Source: Phoronis australis (lineage: Eukaryota > Animalia > Phoronida). From it: a stretch of 64,000 bases of DNA. The stretch covers positions 719,766 to 783,765 of the forward strand of contig NMRA01000165.1 in NCBI GenBank assembly GCA_002633005.1. Direction: 5' to 3'. The position numbers and the translations under genes were made by a program. The notes beneath the pieces were generated by a model that was given only the letters and a program-made list of their open reading frames with translations, ran no database searches and had not been told where the DNA came from. Below, in pieces: positions 51,096-64,000 of this stretch (position 1 is its first letter; each line of letters opens with the position of its first letter).

Positions 51096-54065
51096 CTCAG
51101 CTTGGTTTAGAAAATTTATGATGGTGTAGCTATTATTATTGAGAAGAGAAATCGTTTGGCTTCGTCCTTTGCTTAACATGTGGGAAGCTTTTGGATATGA
51201 TAGTTTTGTCATTCTGGTCGTGGTAGCATTGATCGTAATTACAATTTTAATTGCTCCTTACCGCAATGAAAACTGTCGTCAAAAGAAAGGTTTTGAATAA
51301 GCGATAACGTGTTAAAATGGCAAAGGCAAAACATTTCGTAGAAACTGACTTCGTCGATCGATTGTTTTTGTAGGCCCCCTGAACGAGATCGGGGTATCGG
51401 TAGAGCAAATGGGCTAATATGAATCGAGTCATTTATTCAGTATAGAAGATTACAACCGGAGTTGTAAACCCGCGTTCCGTCCAAGAATCGAACTTTTGGT
51501 TCACTAACTACTCACAACTATAACCAATTGTTTTCGACCGGTTCCCTTGAGTGAGCATGGTCTTCAGACTAAGCTCTGCACGACCCGCTATGACTACAAG
51601 CCAACATGTGTAGCGCAGGGTCTCGGGCAATAACCATCTGTCAGTTTTTTCGAAACCCTGAAATCTGCATTAGGAAACCAGGCAGTTCAGTATTTTGTAG
51701 TTGGACAATGTCTGCATCAACGGAGAAAACCGGTGTCGCCGTCCACCCCTTGACATCACGAAATCTAAGCTCGTTGTGTTGCACAGAGCGATCACGTGGT
51801 AGATACGTTCTTAGTAACAATTTGAGACCAATGTCAAAACGGACATGATCTAAATCAAGCTTTTTGAGATGGAAGGGGGGGGTCATGGTTGCCTTGATTG
51901 ACGTTGTTGAATGACTGAGGAGGCGGATGAAACACGTACTCGTACGGTCCGTGCCTGATCGGACAGGTAGGTGACTTGCGATGATACGGGGAGTTGCTTT
52001 TTCGGATTAATTTCCTTTCGAAAGGGTTCAGTTCTTGGCTTGCATTTCTTCAAAGTGCCCATTTTTGTCACAGAAGTCTACAGAGTTGTTTTGTATTTTA
52101 TGGTGGTTGTGTTGTGAAGTAAGGATTTTGTAGATGAAAATTATATGGATATTGCTATTACCGACGAATTTGTAAAAACAACGATCTAAAAATGAAAAAA
52201 TATAAGAAGACTGATGCTTTTTAACGGTTTTATGTCGAATTTTGTCCATTTAGCATTTTGCACATAAAAATGATTACCATGGGAAACTCAGGCTAATCTA
52301 CGAAAGGATATTTCCATAGAATTTACAACTGAAATGGATCCCCATTGGGGTTTCGTCTTGCCCACTTTCTAATAAGGATGTACACAGTACTAATATCCCA
52401 GTGGTACACCCCCTCAAGATATCGTCGAATGAGTCACCACCACTGATGTTATCAAAAATATTTTTGACACGAAGAACACCGGAATCCGGGGGAGCTACAG
52501 AATGGTAAAACTTGGAGTGAAAATTGGCATCCCCAGCTCGGGCATATACCTCAGTTGCTACAGGGCGGCACACGAGATGGCTTTGATACTGAACTAACAA
52601 TTTCTGTAGGTGAATGTCTTGTAGCCGTATGCTCATAAGATGAAAGTCATGCGAGTTGTCAAAACGGTTGGGTGTTTTATACGAATAAAAGACAAAAGCG
52701 TTTTGGCTATAGCCTATCCGTTTTGGTGGAAACCAAACTTGGAAGTTCTCAAAGGTCTTCAATGTGTCCAGTCTACATTGTTTCTGTCTCAGTGTTTTAC
52801 CTTTTATGCCTCATTTTACTTGACACGGAACAGAACTCGTACGTCCAAATGTCTAAAATGGAGAAATCGGTTACTGGTGAAAAACTAATAAACAATCACT
52901 GCATTGTTTCTGTGTTTACGAAACACCTCTCCAAAGTGCACTCACGCAGCAGGTGAATAAGGTCGAAATGAAGTATTTTTGCTTGTGGTTAAAGATAAAC
53001 ACTTCAAAACTTCAATTGCTGTTCGTGCAACATTTTGTGACGGGTTTGTAGGGCTTAGTAACGTAAGAGTGGTTTTGGAAAGAAAGGAAGCGAAATTAGC
53101 TAATGTTGCAGAGTCATGGCAAGTAATGGAACGCATTGATGGCCTTTAAGTTACACTTGCTAGCATATTTCATCTGGGTGTGTCTTTCTGGTGGTGTACC
53201 AAAATCTCCAACTGGTCTGGTCAGACTGACGTCTCATGAGCGTTTTGTCCCGTGTTTTTTTTTAGCCTGAACCAGATGTCCGATCTGCCTTCTGGCCGTA
53301 CGGCATGTGGAATGCACGGACAGCATCCGTTAAACTTCACCTTTATGCGCGTATTTAGGGGCCTATATTCAAAACAATCCGTTTTTCAAATAATGCCGTG
53401 TTTCACTATCTTGGGCGCATACGCCTAAGTTTCACTCCTGTAATACTGGCGGCCACGATGCACACGTGTCCCAAGTTTCGTTTAGTGTTTGTCCATTTTT
53501 AATATTTTTCCTTTGACTCCAATTAGTCCCTGGAAAAACCCTGTGTGTAAAATTTTGAGTGTTAACGTGGCTCACGAGACCTCGAAGTGGCTCCATCCAA
53601 CAACAAAACTGGTTGTGACAGAATACCATACAAGTGTATAATTGCAGCAGTCTTCCTGTAATAGCAGACAATACAGGCAGTCAGGGCCACAGCACACAAA
53701 CGAAGAAACTAAAAAGATTTAACCCGTCAGGGGGAGTTAGGTTTGTAACCACCTTAGTACATTTGGCCACTGTGAAAGTAATCTACTAATTTATATTACA
53801 AGCAGCATGCAGCGCCCCCGGAGGCGTCGCTGCTCAGAAGTGTGACTTTTACAGTCCAGCTGTTTTCATTGAAAATGTATCTTTCCTGAACTAAAGGGTG
53901 CCTTGTCTTTTCATTACATACAAAAAGGTTCCCTATGACCAACTGCAAATATTCATAGAAGGATTTTAATATGATGTTTCGTTGATTGCAACCGACAACG
54001 TAACTGCACATCTTTTGTTGCGAACGATAGGTAAAATACTGGCTGTCCATGAATCTCTAGCCGGG

Positions 54066-54331
54066 CAGTGGCGGATCTACGTTTTCAGTAAAGGAGGGGT
54101 TTAGGATTCCCGAAAAGGTCGAATCCGAGGCGCGTGGCNACAGCAATTCACAATGCAAAAAATATATTTTTAGAGTGAACCCCCCCCCTCATTTTTTCCA
54201 AGTTGGTTTACTAGGGGTTTACACACGCTGGAGGTGCCGTTTTTGTTTTGCTGGAGGCTTTTTTTAATTTTTGGGTCCTGGCCCGAGGGGGGGGGGTTAA
54301 ACCCCTGAACCCCCCCGTAGATCCGCCACTG
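54066..54331. mobile_element. hAT-like MITE with perfect 16-bp TIRs
   Basis: It runs CAGTGGCGGATCTACG ... CGTAGATCCGCCACTG, is flanked by ccggg/ccgcg, and contains an N gap at 54139. Confidence 0.85.
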
Positions 54332-54932
54332 CCGCGGGCTATGGAAGTTTAAGCAGTAGTTTGAGGGTTAAGTTATGGAGTGAACCCCAAGCAAAATGCT
54401 CTACTAAAACTCTACGAAAGGGTGACTTTTTCGTGGGAACTCCATTTTTCAGTGAAGGACCACTGTCTAATGTTGGGTGGGTATCCTAATTTTCCAGCCG
54501 CACTCTGCGGCCAAAAATACAGTCGAACGTCCTCCAGGAATAGTACCCGCAGGCAGTCCTGTTAGGCAAGGCACGTCATACGGACGCTGGCACTTATAGT
54601 ATAAGGCCTTTGTTATTTTTCGTGTACCAGGGATCGAAAACATCCCAAGAAGTGTGGAAATGTGCTGCAAAGCAATGCCGCTGCGATGTCGGCTATTGGC
54701 TGGTTTGACTTGCAGAATTCGCGGTGTCAGTGATTGGCGTGTATTCGATGACGCTTTTATTGGACCTGCAAACAACTGATGAATGGCTTGTTTAGCTAAC
54801 CAGGGCATTGAAAATGTATCTGAGTACTTCAAGGACCCGGGAGAAAAAGGCAACAGCTGATTGCGTGAAGTATGCAACTGAAACTGGAGATCATGTGACC
54901 AGGCTCTCTTTCATTGCCTTCCGATAGTCATC

Positions 54933-57140
54933 ATGAACAAGATTTTGCTGATAGTTTTTGTGCTGTTGTGCGTTATTTACATAATAGGTGAGTGAACTTT
55001 TGAGGTTCTGCAATTAAAAACTCCCTTGATCATTTAGAGGCCACGTGTACAGAGATCTGTGCTCAGGTGGGGTTATAATCGACTTGAATGGCTCAGCACA
55101 AGCTGGGATGAAGCTTCTTTCACAAAAATGTTGTGAACTAGTTTGCGTAGTGTTGTACATGTCGAACAGACGTTGCAAACCTTACTGCATCATACTTGAC
55201 AATAAATGAACAGAATCTATCTAATATATACTGCTAGGCACACCAAGGTGGGATTCAGTCTCAGAGAACTTAATGTGCCACAAATTACAACAGCCTATGA
55301 AGCTTTTGGAAGTGCAAAGGTTGCTAATTTATTAAATGATCAATTAGTATACTTTACGCGGAATGCTTTTACAAGCCTTTAATCTTCGTGGGTGTTCTTC
55401 ATATGCAATAAAGGTAACGTCAGCTCTAATCCTTCCCGGCGCTTTGCACCTCAAATTCCCAGGTACGCCGTAGATTCAACAATGAAGATTCCGAGCCAGC
55501 GGGGCGCCGTCTGAAGTGTTGTCTTTCATTGTTTGAAAAGGGTTACAACATATAAGCCCCAACTCATATTTTCAAGTGTAATCGGCCAACCCTAGATGCT
55601 TATACTTTTTCTATAATTTAGGAGATAAAACAGATGGTAACTCGTCTTGCGCACCGACGAGTGCAAATATGCAATAGACAATACCCGCGTTTTGCAATAA
55701 ACAAATTGCTTGTGTTGAACTCACCGCGAAGGCGAGCCAGTGGCAATATAATTTTAGGAAAAACAGTTCTTATGTTTACATAAAATCCAATGGAATTTGT
55801 TATTAGTAGGCCTTGGCAACGTCTTCCTGGAACATATTAAATATGGTGGTCAAAAGCCTGCAGCATCCATTAGGTCTAAAAATAAATCAAAATTATGCAA
55901 TAAACGATTTCGGCCAAGAACCAGGATTAAAAACTCCTCCATTCCTTTGTATGTTCACTGCTTTATGGAAACAAAGAAATAGTACCTCGGAGTATGGTAA
56001 TTGAACATTTGGTTCAATGCCAAAGTAGCCCATTTCTTTTCTTATGAAACTTAGGAAAAGTGTTTGGGTCTATTGTTTTATCACGGTCGAACCAGTGGGA
56101 TATGACTACGAACGACTTGTGCACTCTATTGTCACTAACCTACAGAGATGCACGGAATTTATTCAGATTTCGATTTCAGTTTCGTACTGTGGTACATTTT
56201 GTTGACAAACTGCGCTACAGGGAGTCTGTTGTGATTTCAAGAACTTCGCAGTTAAACACCTGTTAGATGAAGCTAAGATGAAGTTGGCACCTGGAAATGC
56301 GCTTTTCTCCAGTACATTAATGTCCCCAGAATGAGTTCAATTCTTCCTGTGAAAACAAACACATACGGCCAGGAAATAAACTTTTATTTATACAGAGGGA
56401 AACACTTATGGCTGGCTGTGTTGTTTTTGTTTATATTTCTGAAAGACAGCACGACACTTTTCCTACAAAATCGTTAAGAATTAGAAAGTTCATCTCAAAA
56501 TCATTTGAAATATTGATAATCGTCATCTCCGTTGACTGATTAAATAACTCTTTTTGTCTTTTTCTCACAAGTAACCGTTCGCTGAATATTTTTGCTCACT
56601 GTTAAAAAGATATTCAACTGAATTTCGCATGTTTACTGTAGTTCGTTTCTTGGGTCTTTTTCAGAATGCGTTAAGCCGGTTCCACAAAGCTCGTGGATAA
56701 GGGATTCGAGTTGGAAACGCCTCATGGAAAAGCAACGCGAGAAAGCAAGATTGGCCAGGCAAAGGGTGGAAAAATCAAAAATCAAGCGGGAGTTTAGACC
56801 AACTTCGCGAAAATGTTGCAAATTGGGTGAAAAAGCCGCCCGGAAGAGAATGGCGTGTACTGTCGATGTTCACATGGTAGCGAAGAACAGAAATGTAATC
56901 CACAAAGCGCATTTGAAGATGGTGGATCCAGACAAAGACATTTTTGTTTTAAAAATGATGACGAAATTGGCGAAATGTGGCCTACGTTACTCAAAATATT
57001 TTGAAAAATGTTGCCATTTTAGAGCGGCGTTCGAAAAAGAAATGAATGACTGCAGACGGTTGCGTGTTCATGGAAATAAAGGCGAAAGACGATTCCAGAG
57101 GAAAAGGTGCAAGAAAGTGACACGACAAAAATATAACTAA
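54933..57140 (+). CDS. Secreted, highly basic 176-aa protein with an anaphylatoxin-like cysteine pattern
   Basis: Exon 1 (54933-54987) encodes the signal peptide MNKILLIVFVLLCVIYII and ends at a strong G|gtgagt donor. It joins in phase 1 to exon 2 (56665-57140, acceptor tctttttcag), which encodes ECVKPVPQSSW...RKCCKLGEKAARKRMAC...KCGLRYSKYFEKCC...NDC...RCKKVTRQKYN*. Confidence 0.8.
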
Positions 57141-57693
57141 ACACTAGTCTTCACGATGCCACTCTTGTTGTCTCTGAAATACTCCTCAGAAATCAAATAT
57201 CTGGGTGCCCTAAAATGGACTTTATGTATGCACAGGTCTGCATAGACCAAACTAATCGTACAAGTAGTTCTCTACATCCAGTTGTTAACTGAAATATTTG
57301 AGTTAAACCAAAGATCCAATATAACCTTTTAAAGCTAATTGTGAATCAAAGATCAAACAAAAAATACGCTTCACAGCAAAGCAAAGTTACGTTTCGGTTC
57401 ATTTGACGACTTATCCGTTCGTGTATTATTTTGTTAACGGCGTAAATTTGCTCACGTGATCTCGACTTGATTTTTGAGAAAGTATCCTGGACTCCTTGAA
57501 AGTCAGGTCATGTAACACCTATCAAAAATATTTGATTTTTGTCAGTTTAATTACAACTTTAGTTCCATTATTTTTCAGTCGTAAGAGTTTGTCGAAGTGA
57601 CATTATCGGGGAGAATAGTGATTTTATGAGTTCGACTGCAACGGCATCAAACCTGCCACCCCCGCAGTCGCCGCATCCAAACGCTCTGCTGAA

Positions 57694-57855
57694 CAGTGGT
57701 GTAGTGGTAAAATTAGAGCTAAATAGGCGCCCAAAGCCCATCGTATCACCTTGAGCACTGAACGTAACTCACGGTGCGTAGGCGCTACGTTCAAATGCCA
57801 AAAGGTGGTTGGCAGCGCTTACGTGCGCCTACGCACCACTTCAGCACTGCTACTG
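57694..57855. mobile_element. Small MITE-like element with CAGT termini
   Basis: Ends are cagtggtgtagtg ... cagcactgctactg, with an internal inverted pair ggtgcgtaggcgc (about 57773) / gcgcctacgcacc (about 57825). Confidence 0.5.
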
Positions 57856-60324
57856 ACGGAGCTAAGACCCACACGAGAAATGCACTACAAGCGTATTTTA
57901 ACTGGGAAAGTGACCGGCTTTGATTTCACCGGATGTCTGACAGACAACGCCAAGAATTAGGATTTAGAATTGAAATCGCAAAAGACAGCCGTCGTTTCAC
58001 TGCTCTAGTCAAAGTTAAGAACTCCATGCAGTCTATCCTATCCGAAAATTGTCCACAAAAATGTGTATTTCGGCCGTAAACCCGATAATGTTCTTTAACT
58101 TCGGGAATTTCTAAAGCTTGTGAAATCTTGATAAGAACAAGTGCGGTGCGGAAAATCGAGTTATCGCAAACATTCTTTGAGTCTTTTCTGCACACCGGTT
58201 TAAAAAGATCTACATATTCATATATACCAAGACAATTAAATTTGCAGTTGGGTTTGTTGGTGTTACGCTGTCGGTTATTTCTAATGTCTTGTGCTATATT
58301 GTTTTGTAACAGTAAATCTGTGAATTATTGCATTGTTGTGGATACAGAATGATAATATACTTTTATGATTATTGTTCATATAATGAACCGGTGACGTAAA
58401 CAAATCTCGCAAACGTAACGGTTACGATGCCCTTAGATACATTCGAGTGAATTATTCTTCCCGTCTGTATTCAATGACGCTAATACTTAACGACTTCTTG
58501 TTTCATCAATTAGTGAATCACAAGATCGTTCGGAAGCTCTCATTGGTTAGATAGGGTTGTCGTACGATTGATGAGCAGGGTGGCCATACAGCATAACTTT
58601 CTATGAGTACTTGATCATTCGTTTTTTGTGTTAGTGTTTCCGGGGCTCACTCAACCAAAACACAATACTTCGTTAAAAAAATATTCGTCTTCAGCAAATT
58701 TAATTATATAAACCAGGGCTGTCCGGTTGGAGTACGGAGATAGTTATTTTGTTTACATTCCCCAGACTGGCGTTGCGATAATTGCACTACTTATAGGATC
58801 ATCAGCTGTACCAGAATATCACACGATGTTCAGGTCAGTAACTCCTTACACAGGTCAGTCCTGGTGACAGACAGAGAAGATAACACCAAGCGCCAGTCAA
58901 CCACAGTACAATATTTTAGTCTCATGTTGAAAATCACGTGTGAAATGAACAAACCCTAGAGTTTTACGTCAATTTACTCTAAACAAAACGATCGTTTTCA
59001 TTTCCTCTCACTTTATAGACAGAAAATATTTTTCAACAAAACAAAATTCGAATATCGGTAGCTCTGGGACAATAATAGACCTTTCCCTTTTGTCTGGGAG
59101 GCATTCACGGGGTTATTAGTTGTTGGAATTTTGTAAACTCATCAGTTTTTTTTCTAATTTCCAGTCAGATAACCCCCCCCCCCCTTTAATTACTTCNAAC
59201 TGGAGACCGACTTGACCCGACAAGCTTCAAGAAATTAGTCTTTGACCATGGAGAAAATTTTTGTGTACTGTAGGAAATTTATCAAATACACTGCTGCTGT
59301 TTTGCTTATTGTCCACTGTGGATATGCTGTGGTGAATCGGAGACGTGTAAGAGAAGTGCGCTATCAACACTTTGATGGTAAGTGACTTAGCTTTTCGTCG
59401 GGAAATAAATGTAAAAGTCAAAATTTACCCTCTACAGGCAGAATACAGTGACGTCGTTTTGTCTTTCGATAAATATGGAAAACGTCCTGGAGAATCTTAC
59501 CGAAAAGTTCGTAACCACGAAGACGCATGACCACGGATTTTGTCCATTATAAAGTTGCACATACGCTAATGACGAGACTAGAAAATAGTAGAAATTTCCA
59601 TGTGACAAGGAAAACGGGCAATTTTGAATTTTCGTGAACACTGCCTGTAATCAGTATTTGGATCCTATCAATATGAATTACTGTTCATGTAAACTTTTCA
59701 GACGAATGTGGTCGTCAACGTGATTAAAAGAATAGACATCTCGTAAGCAGTTTTGTTTACGTTCACACTATTGGTGCTAGAAATGACCAATCAACCAGAA
59801 TACAACGCACAGTTTGAGGTTTGATGCGCGATATCACCCAGCACTAGCAGGTGGTTGAGTAAATTTTGATATTTATTCCTGCAGCTGAAATGGAGCAACT
59901 AGAGTTTGCTTTATCACGGGTAATCGCGGTCACAAAGGTCCCATCGTAATCTAGAGAGGATTAAGCTTGCATTAGTAAAGGACAGAGAACAATAGTTTCA
60001 AAGGAAGTCAAAGAGCTTGACAGTGAAAGGGAAATCCAATGCTTCATTTGCTCCTAATCTTGTGTAAATAAAACGCGGAGTCGCAACAACACGTTGAGTA
60101 AGAGTGAATGACGTACGATGTGTTTTTAAACCGTCATTGCGAAACCACGGAGACTGAAAACCTGGAACGAAACCGCCTTTGTTCTAGCCATCGATTTAGG
60201 GGCTGGTGACGTTTTGTAAGAACGACAATGACCGATACACTACGATGTCAGTCTGTGTTGTGCGCGGAAGTTCACAGGCTATGTGTCTCCTATCGCATAG
60301 ACCATTGGTTTTTCCTCGTCAATT

Positions 60325-60485
60325 GAAGGGCGGATCTAGGATTTTTTAAAAGGGGGGTCGGATCAAGGATTTTTAAAGAAGAGTCCAAGTCAACAATTTG
60401 AAAATTCTAGGTTTGATATCACTAAAACCGAGGGAAATGGGGAGTCTGGACCTCCTTGACCCCCCCCCCCCCCGATCCGCCTATG
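60325..60485. mobile_element. hAT-like MITE remnant (GGCGGATC ... GATCCGCC)
   Basis: It reads gggcggatctaggattttttaaaagggggg ... cccccccccccgatccgcctatg, the same architecture as the 20144 and 54066 elements. Confidence 0.65.
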
Positions 60486-63092
60486 CAATCATTATTCAGT
60501 CGTCAATAACATTCGTTCTTGACCAAGATTTCTTTACCAACAAGACTAACATGTGCGTATCTCGATTGAAGAATCGTATGTAAAATGTCCTTGTGGAATT
60601 GTCTGTAATGGAAACGAAACTCAAGTAGTACAAAATGGTGTGTTAACCAGCTATAAGAACCAACACGCTATTGTTCCTCGCTGCAAGTGACTACGAATCA
60701 GTGTTAGTGTCAGTCAAGTCTCACTTTTCCAAGTAAACACGTCGCTGCTCACGCAAAACAAGTTTATCATTCGACACTCAAGTGCATTATGTAATTTTTT
60801 GAGATCAAATTCTTGAAACCATCTTGAGACCACTCAAACTGCGACGAACAAAATGCAGGTAATGCTGACTGATAGCGTCTGCAAATTCAGATTTTCATTG
60901 CTATGACTTGCAGTCCCAAAACGTCACTGAATCCATTTTCGCTCGTTCGTAATAAAATCAGCCGCCGCGAAGTTGGCAAAAGCAGGCAAAAGCAGCCATA
61001 AACAATCTCAATTTAAAAAAGCAATCAGTTAATGGTTCACTTCTGGGCCTGGGTTTAGCTGCGTGTCAAACTGTCACTTAACGATGCCGACATATAGACC
61101 TTATCTTGTATGAAATTCAATCGTTACAAACCAGCGACGGGGTCCCAGATTTTTGATGGTTAGGTATCTTTTGTTTCCACTTTTAGTTGTTATGAGGGGG
61201 GTCAAGTGGAATTTCTTTAGGGACATTTACGCGATAATTGAAAACGCGAAAGCATGCGGTACCAAGTTGAAAAAAGTGTTTCAGCACGAAGTGGTATTTT
61301 AATGCACTCCACCGAATAAATGCGACCTTGTCGAGGGTGACGGTGTATGTGCGCCGCCAAGTCCCGGACGTCTCGTACAAGCGCATGTGCTGAATAGCGC
61401 GGAAAACGGCAATTTTTGAATTCATTCTTTACCGCTATAGTTATAGTGATGGCGATGATGTTCATGAGAAACCGTGTTCTTCAGATTTTGACGTTACATT
61501 CCCGAAGCCTCGTAAATCTTTCGTTTCAGTGTCAGTCACTTCGCCCAGGGTGACGGTTTATCGTAAACTCAAAACTCTTATCTGTGGAGATGACAGGTCA
61601 TATCGTTAAGTACGAACTCACTGGCTGTAATCGCTTTTTACGATCTATGAGTGCAAATCAAAATGTATCTGAAAAGTGAAATGTTACCTAACACGAACGT
61701 TACGAAAACGCGTGTGAAATTAGATGTCTCAAATTGTTTGCATTCGCCGTTATTCTCTGTATTTGCATATCAAAAATAAATGTTTCCACGCATTTGTTCA
61801 TTAGATGACCATAGGTGGCGCTACATGAGATACTGCGATCGTTATGAACCACAAGGTGGGCTCTGGTCGCCGCTTGACGCCAGACCCCCGGGTGGGTTCG
61901 GCATTATCACTCTAAGCATAGACTTACATTCAGGTAATGTAAGTTCATGCAGCAAGCAAGAAGGAAGTGATATCACATGAATTCATGCCTAACCGTGACC
62001 GTAAAAATAACGCCTGAACCCGGCGGTCTCGGTCGATACGCGGAATAAAGTCTCGTAGGATATTACTTCATTTACGCCAATCGAGGTACGTTTTTTACTT
62101 ATCCCATACGCTTCGAATTCCTAAGTTTCTTAAATTTTTCACCCACACTGTTCACGTGGCGTGTCACATCCTATATCTATGTACTTGCGCGTCAGGCTGC
62201 AGGTTTTCTGTAGTAAAAGTGACAGGTTTAAATGTGACGATTTATTACTTGAAAAGAGATAATAAGGTGAAAACAAGGGTAACTTTTCATTGACCTTATT
62301 ACATCTCCTGAAAATAGTTAAATAACAACAATATTTGATATTGTAGGCGGGAATTGGCGCCTTAGTTGCACTGAGACGATAAAATATTTAGCGAGTGAAA
62401 ACTGAGACAGAACTATCATATAATGAACAGTCCTGTTCCAGAAATTACGATTGGGACCTGAGTCTATGTTGAGCGTTATTTATTCCGCTTTAACTGTATT
62501 ACTTTAAACTATTTTCCGAAAGTTTGGTGATCCAACCGGCTAACGACGTCGAGTCGACATTGACCTACGTTTTGAACTTTCCCTGTCAGAGGTCACTGTT
62601 GAAGTAGCGCGGGAGGTGATTATGGAAAACTTTATTCCCTCGACAGATTCTACGCGTATGGGATAAAATCGTAAACACTCTGGGGTGCTGATTGTCTGAT
62701 TTTGCTCGGTGTGATAATGCCGAAGAGACTGAGCCAAATAACATAATCTGCTACATTTCGGAAGTCCGGCATCATGCAGAATGACGTGGTCCGTCGTGCG
62801 GGTGTTTGAATTTCAAAATTAAAATACACACAGTTGTAAAATATATCATAAACTTGCAATTTCAGTATAAAAGCAATGCATAAGAAACTCTACCCGATCT
62901 TTACTGTGGGACAAACTTAAATAGCTCGATAAGATTTAATTCATAACACGTGAATGAACAAGTTGATAAAGTATGAAAGCAGTTAGAGATTTTTAAATGA
63001 TTACCTATTTTTCTGTACTTTCGTTGCTGTTAATATAGCTCCTAATTCGCCAATTAAAACTGTTTTGTTTCACTTGGTCTCCCTATGAATAC

Positions 63093-64000
63093 ATGGACCT
63101 CGACAGAGGAATCCTCAGGAGACCCGTAAGTTAGTTATAGCTGAATGAGTGTTGGTGGAATCAACAGTCGTGCGTTGTTTAGCCGAGTAACATTTACGTG
63201 ATGAAAGGTAAACATGGCCATGTTTGTAGTATTACACTATAGAACGCAAGGGAGAAACAACCGATGAACACAACTCGACTCACCAGGTTAGGCAACGGTA
63301 AATATCACAATGGAAATAACATGCCTGCCGTTTCATTAATACAATGAGGTAGGCCCTAGCAATTATTATCACTCATTCTCTGTACGTTTCGTTCTTACAG
63401 ACTATCTCGTGGGTGCTCTGTCGACAGTGAATTTAAATCGGCTTAGACTGCCTCCAGCTCGTCTGAACCCCGGCGTTCCTCTCCCCACGCGCGACCCAAC
63501 AGACTCGTCAGAAACAGGAAGTGGACACCACGGGAATAACACCAACAGACCAGAGTCATCCACCCCTGATCTGCTGCAATATTTCAGAGGTGTGTCTATA
63601 TTTTTCCTGCTCAATGTCAGTTGCCGGGTTAGAAGTGATTGTTTGGGGGGAGGGGCGGATGAAGCAGTTGACGGCAAGATTGTGCCTGCAGATCACCTCA
63701 GATATTCAGGGCCTAGGTGTCTTGTAGCTCAGGGCCCCGGGAAATCTTAATCCGGCGCTTTTGATCTCGGAAAGAGTCTATTTGAAGTTAATTTCTAACG
63801 GCAAGTGTTAAAAAATAAAAAAATAGTTTCTGACAGAATGCGGGTTTGTAAGTACCTTTAAAAGTTCAGACAGACTTAAGTTTGAACGCACGTGTGTTAA
63901 AATGATGAAGCTGGGTCTCATTTCTCAAACATAATGCTAAAGTGGTATGAAATATAACATTTTATCTTCATTTACAGATGTACCTCGAGAACATTGGTCT
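63093..64000 (+). CDS. Probable 5' exons of an unidentified gene running off the window end
   Basis: A phase-consistent GT-AG chain: 63093-63125 (MDLDRGILRRP, open upstream to an acceptor at 63038), 63243-63297 (NAREKQPMNTTRLTRLGN), 63401-63589 (DYLVGALSTVNLNRLRLPP...PDLLQYFR) and 63978-64000 (DVPREHWS). No domain recognised. Confidence 0.4.

Noticed and set aside
123-63750. Most of the short ORFs in the six-frame track as independent genes
   Set aside because: They are chance ORFs in introns or intergenic DNA, antisense shadows of real exons, or exon fragments run into introns. Many start at GTG/TTG, which is not meaningful in this eukaryotic context.

Overview
This is eukaryotic (invertebrate animal) genomic DNA: AT-rich, with GT-AG introns, many MITE-like repeats and three single-N assembly gaps (35584, 54139, 59197). 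The ORF track mostly shows exon fragments, so I rebuilt gene models by hand from splice sites and reading frame. From 5' to 3' they are: (1) the last 9 exons of SDHA (+, 137-5251); (2) a CHST11-like Golgi carbohydrate sulfotransferase (+, ~9810-11620); (3) a three-exon, 133-aa L-rhamnose mutarotase (RhaM/DUF718) homolog (-, 16022-14022), a family best known from bacteria and fungi; (4) a complete SGSM3 (TBC-SH3-RUN) gene (+, 21102-48526); (5) a two-exon, very basic secreted protein with an anaphylatoxin-like cysteine frame (+, 54933-57140); and (6) the probable start of an unidentified gene at the right edge. The most striking feature is that SGSM3 ends in three tandem, homologous, phase-matched terminal exons, each intact and with its own stop codon, which looks like a mutually exclusive C-terminal cassette. 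Other notable items are a degenerate ~350-bp tandem repeat carrying co-oriented CTCF-like motifs, a GC-rich structured ~400-nt element just upstream of SGSM3, and a 1.67-kb tandem duplication of three SGSM3 exons that is probably a haplotype assembly artefact. All family assignments come from recognising motifs by eye; no database searches were run.
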